A stretch of DNA of 64,000 nt, taken from NCBI RefSeq assembly GCF_009914755.1, contig NC_060925.1. One strand, 5' to 3'. Source of the DNA: the human T2T-CHM13v2.0 reference genome, Homo sapiens. The notes beneath the pieces were generated by a model. It did no database searches. It was not told where the DNA came from and saw nothing but the letters and a program-made list of their open reading frames with translations. Positions 1 through 20,699 of this stretch are shown piece after piece. Every line of letters begins with the position of its first letter. Position 1 is the stretch's first letter. The translations under genes and the position numbers were made by a program.

Positions 1-717
1 AGAAAAGGCCTTCTTTCTTCCTGATGCTGTTTTTATCTTCAGCACAGCCCCAATGATCCTTGCATAAGAAATCATGATAAAGAAGAAAGTGATAAGAATT
101 ATGAAAGCATTAATGGCAAAGTCCACCAGAATGTTAGCAGATGTGTCCTTGCAGGCCAAGCTCAGCAAAGGTGGAAAGTCACAGAAAATGTGTTGGATTT
201 CATTGTAAGCACAAAATGGGAGCTGGGAGGCAAGGATGACCTCAGAAATGGGACACAGGAAGCCACAAGTCCAACAAGCAGCAGCCATCTTGGCACAGAG
301 TGTGGTGGTCATAATTATAGGGTAGTGGAGGGGCCGACAAATGGCCAGGTATCTATCATAGGCCATGGCTGTAAGAAGGTAGCATTCAGACGCTCCCAAG
401 GAGTGGAAGAAGTAGGTCTGAAGGAGGCATCCTGCAAAAGAAATGGTTTTCTTCTCACTGAGAATATTAGACAACATCTTAGGGATAGTGGTAGCTGTAT
501 ACCACAACTCCAAGAAGGAAAGAACACTGACAAAGTGGTACATAGGTGTGTGCAGAGCTGCATCCAGTCGGATGACTGAGAAGATGAGCATGTTACCACA
601 GATGGTGAACAGGTATGCCAATAGCAGCAGGACAAAAAGCCAGCCCCTGACATAGCCCACACTGGCAAAGCCAAGGAACACAAATTCAGCCAGGCTTGAA
701 TGGTTGTATTGATCCAT
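1..717 (-). CDS. OR6N2: Olfactory receptor 6N2, N-terminal 239 codons (continues off the left edge)
   Basis: Minus-strand translation from ATG at 717 gives [21 protein letters not shown]...LHTPMYHF...[15 protein letters not shown]...[14 protein letters not shown]...SGRKKAFS with no stop. It has the N-glycosylation site NHS and the canonical OR motifs, and matches my recollection of OR6N2. The ORF track misses it because no stop lies in the window. Confidence 0.95.
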
Positions 718-723
718 GGGAGG

Positions 724-750
724 CTGAGGTAAAGAAGGAAAGAAGAAAAC
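724..750 (-). other. OR6N2: Splice acceptor for the OR6N2 coding exon
   Basis: Minus strand reads ttttcttctttccttctttacctcAG|cctcccATG: a polypyrimidine tract plus AG 6 nt before the start codon, typical of OR genes with 5' non-coding exons. Confidence 0.8.
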
Positions 751-1814
751 ATTGGATTGAGATGACTGCTGAATCCATGCCAAAACTTCATTTCTCTCTC
801 TCTCTTTTTAACTTAAAAGTAGCACTGAAATTACTACTGTTGCCCTCACTACTATTACTATTACTGTAAAAATATTAATAGCTAACTCTTATTAGCACTT
901 ACTATTCATCATTTTTACAAGTGTCTTGCATTCAATATTTACTTAATTTTTATACTTCAATGAGATAAGCACCATTGTTCTGCCTATTTTGCAAATAAGA
1001 AAACTTGGGAATAGAGAGAAGGAAGTAATTAGAACACTTTTGTATTTCCTATAGATACTATTTCACAGAAACAACATTTAGACCATCCTCAAGCATTCTA
1101 GCTCTATACTATATGACTGTTCCCAAACATTCTAACTCCTCTTCCCAGGTCATAGCTTTTCCTTCAGTAAAGACTTAAAGAGTGAATTTTGGGTATGAGA
1201 TTAATGTAGTAGCAAATATTTTCCTATTGTTCAATTCACCTCTATAAACATTTATTGAACAAATATGTGTCAGGCAGAAAGAACACAAAATTCAGCAAGG
1301 TACAATCTCTGCCACCAGGCAGCTTACAACCCTGTAGAGAAGCAGACATCTCAATAGGATTTGTAAAGTACAGAACACTTCAGTGTGCCTGAGAAGTGGC
1401 TCATTTCTCAGGTCAGGATGACTGAAAAAAAACTTTTAGAGGAAGCCCGTAAGATGAATTTTCCAAGAAGATCTGGGATCAGCTGTGTAAAAGAGAAAAA
1501 GAAATATTTCAGACAAAAATAAAAGCATCGAGCAGCAAGCAGCTCACATGAAGGAAACACATGTTCCCCTCTATGGTAACCAAACTGGGAAAGCTCACTC
1601 AATGCTTTAAGACCTTAGCTCCATAGATGCAGGGCATCACTGAAGAATGTTTGCTAGATGAGTGACTGGTCAGATGTAGACTTTTAAAACATAAGTAAAA
1701 TTTAACTATTCTGACCTCAAGCTCGGAGATGAAGGTGTGAATTTGCCTTGTGGGTATGGCTGACAGGAAGATGGGTTAGGGTGGTTAGCTTGTTTGGTGT
1801 AAGAATGCAGATTC

Positions 1815-2138
<324 letters not shown>

Positions 2139-3562
2139 TCAAAAACAAACATGATAGAGTGGCAATAAACATGCATCTTGTGTTTTCATAAAATCAATTA
2201 TATAAATACAGGTGAAGAGTATATAGCTGGCTTGGTGAAATTTCATACAAAATAGTATTGGACATTCTAATTATTCTTAAGCAAAATGTGTAACAGATGC
2301 AAAAAGAAAACAATAACAAAAATTCACAATGCAACTTTAAATGCATAAAATGGCAACCAGTGCCAGTCACACCATACCCTGTGTAGATCATACTGCAATT
2401 GAAGAGAACCGCCCAATTCTAGTTATCATACTGACAAACCAGCCTCTTGCTTATTTTCATCATCCTGACACTCGTCACAATGGCTGTCACATTAAAAGTA
2501 TTCAATAAGATATTAATAACCAAACGAATTCATTTAAACAATTCATTTAATAATTAGTAGACCAATACTTTCCTTGCAACTCTACCACTCAGCCAATGCC
2601 GAACATTTCTTTCAAACTCAAATGCCCTGCAGTAGAAATGAACTTCTGGGTTTGATATTTTAGAATACTAAATTCATTGAAAGCAACTGATACTTAAAAG
2701 ACTCTTCTTGATTCTCTTCTAACCTAAAGAGACTGTACATTCACCTCTCCAATTACAGGAGACAGATATGTTAAAAAAAGAAATTCTCGCTTCATTACAT
2801 TTCCTTTGCTTCTAAGTCATCTCTCTTCTCTCCATCTGGGAACTGCTTCTTATCCTTCAAAATGAGATCAAATCTTAACTCCTTAAATATACTTTTACTG
2901 AATCCCTCAGAAAAAGAATTATTTATTCATTTTCTATGCCCTCATAATATTTACATTTAGCATATTGGTACCTTTTTAACAAGTCTGTCTTCCCCAAAAA
3001 TTGTTAAGATCTTTGAGAGCAAATGTAGTACTTCATTAATTATTATATATTTCCCTGCTGATGCCTGGAACAGTAGGCATAGAATTGTGAAATCAATTAA
3101 TGTTTTATTCTAGCCTAAATTTAAGTTACATTTTCTCTTTTGCACCTGAACACATCCCTTTTGTTGTCTTCTTAGCAATACAAAGCTTACAGTATTCTAA
3201 TAAACTTAGCGTCTCACATTTAGTCTGGCCTCAACTTTCCCTAATCCTGTTGAAAGACCTATCATTGTTCCCACTGACCCAGAGAAATTAAATTCAAGAA
3301 ATAGTTTTGATCATCTTTTGTGTGCAAGGAACTGTTGTTGGTAATGTTTCCCCTTTATACAAGTTAGCTTTTCTGAAGCCAACTGTATGTGTAGAACAAG
3401 TAAGGCCTAGCAAACATAATAATTTCAGGAGCACCCTGAAGGCCTCTGGACCCCAAATTATTGCATGATCAAATGTCTTTAATCTTCCACATAGAAAATC
3501 TGTGTAAGGCCTTCTCTGGGATAAGCATTTTCAAATGCAGCTTCTCCTGAGAGAATACAATA

Positions 3563-3853
3563 TAGATGCTCCTCGACTTACAAAGGGGTTACAGCCCAAT
3601 AAACCTATCATAATGAAGATAAGCTGAAAACGCATGTAATATACCCAAACATCATATGTTAGCCTAGCCTCCCTTATATGTGCTCAGAGAACTTGCATTA
3701 GCCTACAGTTGGGCAAAATCATCTAACACAAAGCCTATTTTATAATAAGGTATTGAATATCTCATGTATTAATCTGTTGAATATGTATTGCTTTCATACT
3801 GTTGTAAAGTAGAAAAATTGTAAGTAGAATTATCGTTCATTGGGGACTGTCTA
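3563..3853. mobile_element. Tigger3a/MER7-like non-autonomous DNA transposon
   Basis: Ends agatgctcctcgactta... and ...tggggactgtct flanked by TA; internal ttagcctagcct...cattagcctacagttgggcaaaatcatctaacacaaagcctattttataataa matches the family as I recall it. Confidence 0.75.
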
Positions 3854-4899
3854 TACCTCATTAGATGTTCTCAGTCACAGCCTCTATTTTATGAATAATT
3901 GTTTTAGAAACCTCTGCCTTCTACCATCTGTGTCAGCACTTGACCAATCTGTGACAGCACACACATAAGATAATTTCTTGTCTCTCTACCTTTTAAAAGC
4001 AAATGTTTGCTAATCTCTTGGTTGTAGAATGAATTAAGAACCAAATGGAGGGAATGGTGGACAAGATGGCCTTTAAAGTTTCTTCCAAATCTGATACTCT
4101 AAGATTATCAAAATTGAATTATTTCAAGTCCCAGTTGCTTAACTCACATTTTCACTAGACCAATTGTTGGATTTCAAAGTAGTATCTATTTTCAAATCCC
4201 TTATTATCAGTCCCACCTTTCCAATCCCTGATCAATATAGTTAATGTGCCCCTTAGTTCACCTACCAACCACTGAACACTATTCAGTGTCTGCTTTGATC
4301 TTGCCTGGATCAGTATATGTGTGGGAAATGGAAACTGGATCTATAAGCCTTTTCTCCTTTACAGCAAGTCTCATCCTCCTGAGGCAGAGTCCCCAGAGCT
4401 AACACTGTTTTGCCACAAGTGGCAGAAGGAAGGGAGACCTCCAACCCCAGAGACAGGTGAGAATCAGGCTCAGGGCAGACTCCTGGGAAGCCAAGTTTAC
4501 CTCTCACCTGCAGAGGTGGGCTCAGAAAAGTCTTTCCCAAATGTTTGCTGTCTCATCACCCTCCCTTGCCACTCCTATTCCCTCATCACCAGTGACTTCT
4601 GAACATAGACTCTTGGACTCTAGTTCTGAAAATGTGACCCTAATCCTCCCACCACTCTTCTCATAAACACATGCACTCTCACATTTCTTGACTCACCTCC
4701 GAAATCCGAAGAGACACTGTTTCCCCTCATCATTTAAGCCAATTACTTTTCCTGATAATGTGCTGAATCCCACCTAATATTCTTCCTTTGAGAATCCTCT
4801 CTGATAAGAGCTGCCTGTTTTTAAAACAAACAAATAAGCAAACAAACTGGGGTTGTGGAGCTTCAGAAACCTTAATTTGAATTGTAGTTCCAATTAAAG

Positions 4900-5135
4900 A
4901 CCTGTTTACCTGAGCATTTGCTAAGCAACACATGTTGTTCTAAGCACAATGTATGCACAGTCTTCACAATTACTCTGTGAAGTTGGTGTGATTGTTATTC
5001 CCATTGTACATTTGAGAAAACTGAAGCACAGAGAGTTTAATAAAGTGTCCAACATCACACAAGTGCTCTACAAAATTATAAACCCAATCACTCTGACCCC
5101 AGAGTCCATGATCATCACCTCTAAGCTCCACTGCC
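4900..5135 (-). mobile_element. MIR SINE fragment
   Basis: Core cccattgtacatttgagaaaactgaagcacagagagtttaa...atcacacaag is MIR-like; boundaries approximate. Confidence 0.65.
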
Positions 5136-5519
5136 TCAGAAATGTTCTTAATGGTCAAAGGAGCATAACCAAGGTCACACTACCATAAAGTGTCACCTGT
5201 TTTAAAGTCTGTACTCTTAACTGCTACTCTTTACCTATGTACCCTCAGGCAGTTGTGTATTTATTTGAACCAGTATTTTATTATGTATAAATGTGTATTG
5301 TGAGAATTAAGTAAGATTAAATGCAAACATTAACTATAATAGTTTTAAAGTGTGTTAGTTTACATTTCCCATTTCATGTTGCAGATATGGAATACCTGTT
5401 TGGCAACTAAACTTCTCCAAATAATTAACTTTGCCTAAGTGACTTAGCATCTCACAGCCTTATTTTCTTTACCTTTAAACTGAACATATTTGGGTTGCTT
5501 TGAGAATTAAATGACAGGA

Positions 5520-6000
5520 CAAGGCCTTCCAGCAAAAGAAAGGAACATACCCATAATCTAACAAAATTAGGTTTATTGACTCACTGCAATGTGGGTGATC
5601 ACACACCACTGGAGTTGTGGGACATTTCTGTAAGAGAGTGTTAGATAGAAATTATTATAGGATGTGGGCTCATATTAGGCAATTTTAGGTGAGGAGGAAG
5701 GGTTCAAGAAAGCTAAGCTTGCTCTGGATTTGGTCCTGTCAATTACTAGAAATAATTCCATGATTAGGTATCTTAATGAATCTTACTTATTAAGGTAGAC
5801 TAAAGCTGTAATTGAGAAAGATCATATCAGTCACTCATTTTAGCTAGAAGACAATATATTTTTCTGATTGTACAGTGTTATACGTAATTAGGATTATTAA
5901 GTGGTATTTTTTTTCCTCTCATTTCATTGTGGTCACAGAGTGACTTTGTCTGATGTTGGTATTCTTTGAGAACATCATGAGCTAGCTTGTGTTTTGCTCA
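5520..6000 (-). mobile_element. MER90-like ERV1 solo LTR
   Basis: Minus strand contains aacatcagacaaagtcactctgtgacc, gctaaaatgagtgactg, aattacagcttta, aataaacctaa, resembling MER90 as I recall it; boundaries approximate. Confidence 0.6.
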
Positions 6001-6919
6001 GATAAAATACATAAAGAGCAAAATACAAAGTCTTGTACATAGTAAGTGATTCATAAACTTTAAGTCTGTCTCCCTCCTACCCATCATACTCTTTTCCTTT
6101 TTAGTGTTTCTAACATTAATTGACAACGTTCCCTATTAGAGAACTGTACTGCAAAACAATCACAATAAACATGTAACTCTGCATTGTTCAAAATTTAGTT
6201 TTCATGAACGAAATCCATCTCCTTGTCACTTCCTGCCTTGTTACTTCCCCCCTTGTCACTTCCCCTCATTGGTCCTATGGCAACTTGCTGGATCCAACAT
6301 AATACTAAGTTCTGCCAATACTAGAACCCAGCTTTCATGCCCTGCCTTGATGAATTTTCTTCCAGCTAAATGGCCTCCAACTTGTCTACTTGTACGTTGA
6401 AGTGCCCTCAGCATACTGGTCCCTCTTTCTTAGACTGGTTCATCACTGTTTCTCTCTCTCTGAAATGAACAACAAAGCTAAAGATATTTCATATGAAAAT
6501 AGAAATGAGCTAAATATCCTAAGTTTTAAAATCACACTCCCCTCTGCATGAACACTCGTAGAATACATTCCTCTTCCTGTTCTTGGGTCTCTTTCACCAA
6601 GTAACACCTGTTTATCTTTCTGGTATCCTCTCTAACATCACCTCTTTGAAGAAGTCTTACCTGACCACTCTGTCTAAACATTCTATGTTCCAAGCCTTAT
6701 TCTATTCATTGCATCCTGGTCATTCTTTTCATAACAACTGCACATATTTTAATTATATACTTGCATGTTTATTTCTCTCTTTTCACCAATAATTTATAAG
6801 GTCAATGAAGACAGGGACTGTATTTTTTTCAACACCATCATTCAATTCCTATTATTTTCTTTGCACAAAGTAGGTATACAATAACTATTTGTTGAATGCA
6901 TTAATTAAGAAAAGGCTAG

Positions 6920-7353
<434 letters not shown>

Positions 7354-7373
7354 TCATTGAGTATCCATCTTTC

Positions 7374-8092
7374 TTTTGTTTTATTTTTGACACATAATAA
7401 TTGTACATATTTATAGGGTAGAGTGCGATGTCTTGATATATGTATACATTGTGTAATAATCAAATCAGGGTATTTAGCCTATCCTTCTCCTCATATTTGT
7501 AACATTTCTTTATGGTGAAACCATTCAAAATCATCTCCTCTAGCTACTTGGAAATATGCAATATGACATTGTTTACCATAGTCACCCTACTGTGCAATAG
7601 AACACCAGAACTTCTTCCTCCTGTCTAACTGTAACTTCATACCCTTTAATCGACTTCCCATCTTTCACCCTCCCCTTTTCTTCTCTAGTCTCTGGTAACC
7701 ACATTCTATTTTCTATTTCTATGAGATCAGTTTCTTTAGATTTCACATACGAATAATATTATGTGATATTTGTCTTTCTATACCTGGCTTATTTCACATA
7801 ACATCATGTCCTCTCGGTTCATTCATGTTGCCACAAATAACAGGACTTCATTCTTTTTTATGGCTGAATGCTATTTTATTGCATATATACACTGCATTTT
7901 CTTTATCCATTTATCTGTTGATAGACCCCAACATGTTAAAAATAAAACCACCATATGATTCAGCAACCTCACTATTGGCTATATATCCATAATAAATAAA
8001 ATCAGTATATCAAAGAAATATCTGCACTCTCATGTTTACTGCACCAGTAATCACAATAGCCATGATATAGAATCAACCTAAGTTTCCATCAA
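7374..8092 (-). mobile_element. 5'-truncated L1MA-type element with 5' inversion
   Basis: About 7374-7926 is an L1MA 3' end on the minus strand; about 7940-8092 is the adjacent L1 segment on the plus strand. Degenerate TSD tatccatctttc (7362-7373) / tatctagctttc (8093-8104). Confidence 0.85.
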
Positions 8093-9051
8093 TATCTAGC
8101 TTTCAAACTAAACTGTAAGCTTTTTGAGGGCAGAGGCCATCTTTGTTCCATATTTGCATGTTCAGTGCTACATACTTATTGCCTGACCCAGTGTTTGTCA
8201 TATAAAACATATTCAGTTCACTTAATGAATAGATTTAAACCACATTTTCCTCTTTCTCTACTTCTTTGGAGAATTTTTTATGGACACAGTACTTGCTTTT
8301 TTTGTTTTGATATCCAAATACAAAACCCTTTTGTGCTTTCATTAGAGTTCATCTTGTGAAATTCAGTATATTTTCCTAGTGCTTTAAGGTATTTTTAGAT
8401 TTTTATTCCGTCATCTTCCTTCTTATGTATTAAACTATTATATATTAACTAAAATTTGACAAGTATTTAGGTTCCCATCTGGATTATTAACTTTTGAGTG
8501 TTACTGTTGAGTAGAGACTACTGTGACAGACTCCTAGATCCTTCTCTTGAAAGCCATTTTTAAACAGACATTCTTTAGGAAAAGTTACGCATCTACCTAT
8601 AAATTCTCCTAACAATACTCTCATCCAAGCCACATTTTTATTTTTCTCCCCAAAGTGTATCCAGGATATGTTCTTAAGACTGGAATCATGCAGGGAGAGT
8701 GAAATAAAAGTGAAGAGCCCTAGTAATAACTACATAGAGCTAGGAGAGACATTGTGCAAAGTACCTAAGGATGCTGGCTCAGAATTCAGACTCATCAGTG
8801 GGGAGATACCAAGTTGAAAACTAACATAAAAATAATATGTAACCACTTATTAATTTGTACTGAGAATACAATTTATCCTGAGATTATAATTTAATCAATA
8901 TGAAATTTACCTATCTATACAGGATACTAATAAATACTTTAGGGCAGGAGCAGACAAACTTTTTCTTAAAGGGCCATGTAGTCATTATTTTAGACTTTTC
9001 AAGCCCTCGTCTTAATCTCGTGTTGGATGTTGTCCCCTCTAAATCTCATGA

Positions 9052-10095
9052 TCATGACTAAGACCCCCAAAAGCAAATGCAACAAAAACAAAAATAAATA
9101 TATGGGACCTAATTAAACTAAAAGGTTCTGCACAGCAATAGAAATAATCAGCAGAGTAAAAAGACACACCACAGAGTGGAAGAAAATATTCACAAACTAT
9201 GCATCCAACGAAAGACTAATATCCAGAATCTACAAGGAACACAAAACAACCAAATAATCCTATCAAAAATTTGGCAAAGGACATGAATAGAAAACTCTCA
9301 AAAAAGAATACACAAACAGCCAACAAATATATGAAAACAATGCTCAACATTGCTAATTATCAGGGAAATGCAAATTAAAACCGTAATGAGAGACCACCTT
9401 ACTCCTGCAAGAATGGCCATAATCAAAAAGTTAAAAAGTAATAGAAGTTAGCAGGGATGTGGCGAAAAAGGAACATTTTTACACTGCTGACAGGAATGTA
9501 AAGTAGTACAACCACTATAAAAAACAGTAGGGAGATTCCTTAAAGAATTAAAAGTAGAATTACCATTCAATCCAGCAATCCCAGTTCTGGGTATTTACTC
9601 AAAGAAAAAGCAGTCATTATTTGAAAAAGACATGGACCTGCATGTTTGTAGCAGCACGATTTGCAATTGCAAAGATATGGAACCAACCTAAGTGCCCATC
9701 CACCAGTAGATAAAGTAGATAAAGAAAATGTGGTATATATACACCACGTAATACTACTCAGCCATCAAAAGGAACAAAATAATGTTATTTGCAGCAAGTT
9801 GGATGGAGCTTGAGACCATTATTCTAGTAACTTGGGAATGGAAAACTAAATATCATATGTTCTCACTTGTAAGTGGGAACTAAGCTATGTGGATGCAAAG
9901 GCATAAGAATGACACAATGGACTTTGGGGACTCAGGGGGGAAAAGGTGAGGAGGATGAGAAATAAAAGCCTACATATTGGGTATGGTGCACACTGCTCAG
10001 GTGACAGGTGCACCAAAATCTCAGAAATCACCAGTAAAGAAATTATCAATGTAACAGAAAACCACCTGTACTCCAAATACTATTGATTTTTTTTT
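9052..10095 (+). mobile_element. L1PB-type 3' fragment (ORF2 end and 3'UTR)
   Basis: catgactaagacccccaaaagcaaatgcaac...gctatgtggatgcaaaggcataagaatgacacaatggactttgggg...aaaatctcagaaatcaccagtaaagaa; short TSD atctcatg. Confidence 0.9.
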
Positions 10096-10502
10096 ATCTC
10101 ATGTTGAACTGTAATGAGTTTGGATGTTGTCCTCTCTAAATCTCATGTTGGATGTGAGGCCTGGGAGAGGTGTTTGAGTCATGTTCGGTCATGGGGGTGA
10201 ATTCCTCATGGCTTGGTGCGATTCTCCATAGTGTGTTTTTGTGAGATCTTGTTGCTTAAAAGTGTGTGGCATCTCCTCCCCCTCTTGCTCTCGCTCTACC
10301 ACGTGACATGTTGGCTCCTCTTTTGCCTCCTGTCATGATTGAAATCTTCCTGAAGGCTCACCAGAAGCTGAGCAGATTCTGGCATCATGCATCCTATACA
10401 GCCTGCAGAGCTGTGAACCAACTAAACCCCTTTTCTTTAAAAATTAATCTCAAGTCCCAGTCTCAAGTATTTCTTTATAACAATCCAAGAAAGGCCAAAT
10501 AC
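10096..10502 (+). mobile_element. MST (MaLR) solo LTR, main part; 5' piece at about 9015-9050
   Basis: tttggatgttgtcc...aaatctcatgttg...catgggggtgaattcctcatggcttggtgc...ccagaagctgagcagat...tctttataacaat...aataca. Confidence 0.85.
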
Positions 10503-10684
10503 ACTGTCACAACTACTAAGCTCAGGCTTTGTAGCACAAATGTAGCCATCAGCAATATGTAAACAAATAAATGTAGCTGTGATCTGATAAAATTTTATTT
10601 ACAAAAACGAACTATCTTGTTTGGTCCATGGGCCTTAGCTGGATACAGGCTTGCAGTTTAGCAAACCATTACATGTATATACTT

Positions 10685-10716
10685 TCTCTCTCTCTCTCTC
10701 TCTATCTATCTCTCTA

Positions 10717-10772
<56 letters not shown>

Positions 10773-10773
10773 A
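10685..10773. repeat. Compound (CT)n-(CA)n microsatellite
   Basis: Directly visible. Confidence 0.97.
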
Positions 10774-11609
10774 AATACACACGAACATTTTATTTTGAAT
10801 AGTATTTCTCCAGTTCTGGTATTTTGAGAATTCTCTCATTTGACCTGATTCTTGAAAATATATCTCTCCCTTTCTCAGAAAATATTTCTCCAGTGAAAAC
10901 ATCCCCAGTGCATTTAGGGAAATACATATTCCCCCACAAGTTTTCTCTTATTTAGACTTAAATGCACTTACTAATACAGAGACTTTTAGAGCCTTATATC
11001 CACCAGGCATCCTGGAACTCAGAAGACGCAGGCAGTGTCCTTTGTCTGACAGGATGATGGCAGAGATAATTTGAGCAGACCTGGTAAGGGCAGTGATCAC
11101 AGTGGAAATGCTAAGCCTCCTTTTGAAAGAGAAAAACAAAAAGTCTGACTAGCCCACCTACTAAGAGGAGATAAGCTATAACTGAAAGAAAAATATAAAG
11201 CATATCCTTCAGAAATCAAAATTTGTTTAGAAATGTTTATAAATTTGTTGATTATTGTTAATAGAAGAAGCATAAAAATATAATTATGTCAGACCCTGTA
11301 AACTACACAATTGTGTGTACTAATAAAATTTAAGAAAAGTTCTTAAATGGGATTAATGTTAAGTCTGCCTAGAAGTCTATCATAAGCACAGATCTCATCT
11401 ATCTTGTTTCTGTGCATTCAAGGAGAGAAGTCAGGGCAGTATTGCTGTTAATTTTTATTAGACATATAAAATGTAAACTTTCATGTTTGTCATCAGTTGC
11501 AAGACATTATTTAGTAGATTCTAGGATGTCATAAAGCATGTATTTATATTTTTAATATCTTTACTATTTTTGCTTATTTTATATATTAGATAGTATATCC
11601 TGTACAGTA

Positions 11610-13880
<2,271 letters not shown>

Positions 13881-13881
13881 G

Positions 13882-13992
13882 TGATATGGTTTTGGCCCTG
13901 TGTCCCCACCAAAATCTCATCTTAAATTGTAATAATTTTCACATGTTAAGGGTGGGACCAGATGGGGGTGATTGGACCATGGAGGTGGTTTT
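13882..13992 (+). mobile_element. Truncated THE1/MST LTR 5' fragment
   Basis: tgatatggttttggccctgtgtccccaccaaaatctcatctt...gattggaccatggaggtggttt, ending abruptly. Confidence 0.85.
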
Positions 13993-13999
13993 GTGATTT

Positions 14000-19097
<5,098 letters not shown>

Positions 19098-19112
19098 AAA
19101 AAAAGTAAAAGT

Positions 19113-19339
19113 GTGGTCACCATGTTCTAAGGGCCCGCCATGATCACGTACTTGAGGTCTGACTCCTAGTATAACCTACAGTGGGAAAACAGTTGGTGCT
19201 GTTCTACAGCATTGTCTCTGCCTTCATAAAACCCATCATTTCCAGCCTCAGGAACAAGGATGTAAAAGGGGCTTCTTGGAAAGTACTTAGAGTCAAAGGG
19301 ACAGCTCAAGGACCTAGTATGCTTCAGAGTTTTCCATAA
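19113..19339 (+). pseudogene. OR2AQ1P: Olfactory receptor pseudogene remnant (TM6-TM7 and C-terminus only)
   Basis: Translates VVTMF*GPAMITYLRSDS*YN, then a -1 frameshift near 19175, then PTVGKQLVLFYSIVSAFIKPIISSLRNKDVKGASWKVL...*. The P-I-I-x-SLRNKDVK motif is diagnostic of ORs. Stops at 19128-19130 and 19167-19169. The name is assigned from recalled gene order. Confidence 0.85.
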
Positions 19340-19419
19340 TCATGGGCAACCTGGAGGGGTCTTATTTGGTACCTTAAAAGTACATCAGTTATCTTTTTGT
19401 TAAGCTTTCTATTCTTTGC

Positions 19420-20694
19420 TCATGCTCAGCTCCCTCTTGAACTTCAGTTTTTTAGATTTGCTCCTCTGAGGTAATTTTCTATGTCTTGTAGGCTTCCTTC
19501 ATTTAGTTTCATTCTTTTTTCTTCTCTGACTGTGTATTTTCCAACACCCTGTCATTGAGCTCACTGGTTCTTTCCTCTGCCTGATCCATTCCGCTGTTGA
19601 GAGCCTCTAAAGAATTTTACAGTTTAGCAAATATACTTCTAATTTCCAGGGTTCCTATTTGATTTGTTTCTCACTATTTCAATTTCTTTGTTAAAATTTT
19701 CTGATACATTTCTAAATTGCTTTTTTGTATTATTTTGAATATCTTTGAGTTTTATTAAAACTTCTCTTTATTCTTAATCAGGGAACTTCCCTATTGCTGT
19801 CTTATTAGTGTTGGTTACTGGTTCCTTGCTTTGTCAATTTGGGGAGCTCATGATTTTCTGTTTGTGTATGTACATTTGTCTTTAAATTGAAAAATTATTT
19901 ATTCCAGTCTCCTTTATCTGATATATTTTTGTTTTTATTGGATATGTTTGCTTAGCGTTTTCTTTACAACTTACCTTTTTTTTTTTTTTGTAGGTCACTG
20001 CCTCCTTTTCAGCACTAAGTGGCAACTAAGTCCAGGTTTACCTCTGTTTTAGCAGGTGTTCAGAGTGCTGCCTGTCCAGGATGGGGGAGGTCCCAAAGGG
20101 GATAATGCAGCAGAATGGGAAAGCTGTCTAGGATTTTGTGCCCAAGAGACTAACAGAACATACCTCCTACAGTGAGGTTCTACTGAACACTCTAATTTGG
20201 CAACTCCTTCAGCCAAGATACAGAGAGTTTCCCAGGCTGGGGATGCTGCTAGCCCCACCTGCCCCCTTTGTCTCTGTCATTCTTCAGGAATTTTTCTCCA
20301 TTCAAGTACTTGTGCACCTTTCTGTGTGTTGAGGCAGGAACAGGTCTCCTGCCAGGAAACCCAAGATGTTGAGAAAGCTGGCTGTCCATCTTGAACTTAC
20401 CTTTTCCAATGTAGTAACTGTGAATCAGGGGAAATTTCCCAAATGCCTGGTTCATGACAAATCGGGGGGAAAGCGTTATACTTATAAAAATCCGATTCTA
20501 TCACCCTCTGCACAGCGTTTTTACTTCTCTGCAACCCCAGAAACTATCTCATCCTTCTATTTGGGTTCTGGGATATTGCTAGTGATAATTTCTGCACTGT
20601 ATGTGTATATTTTGTTGTTTGTTTTTTATTTTCTATGAGATCGAGGGTAGTGGAGCCAGGTTGCTTCTACTCTATCATTTTGGTGACCTAAGTC
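19420..20694 (-). mobile_element. Old L1M 5' region (5'UTR and ORF1 start)
   Basis: ORF1-like T-rich text (ctgtcattgagctcactggttctttcctctgc) and an L1 5' terminus-like gcttctactctatcattttggtgacc; boundaries approximate. Confidence 0.7.
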
Positions 20695-20699
20695 ATATT

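Larger units (their letters stand above)
8944..10668. mobile_element. MER58A hAT DNA transposon split by a nested MST LTR and L1PB
   Basis: Left part caggagcagacaaactttttcttaaagggcca...(to about 9006). Right part ctgtcacaactact...gtagcacaaa...aaattttatttacaaaaac... from about 10503. Confidence 0.7.

Noticed and set aside
190-791. ORFs 190..579(+), 315..791(-) and 443..655(+)
   Set aside because: Antisense or out-of-frame shadows of the OR6N2 coding exon.
10860-11090. Possible plus-strand first exon (donor CTG|GTAAGG at 11084) for the OR remnant
   Set aside because: A single donor-like word with weak EBF matches is not enough support.
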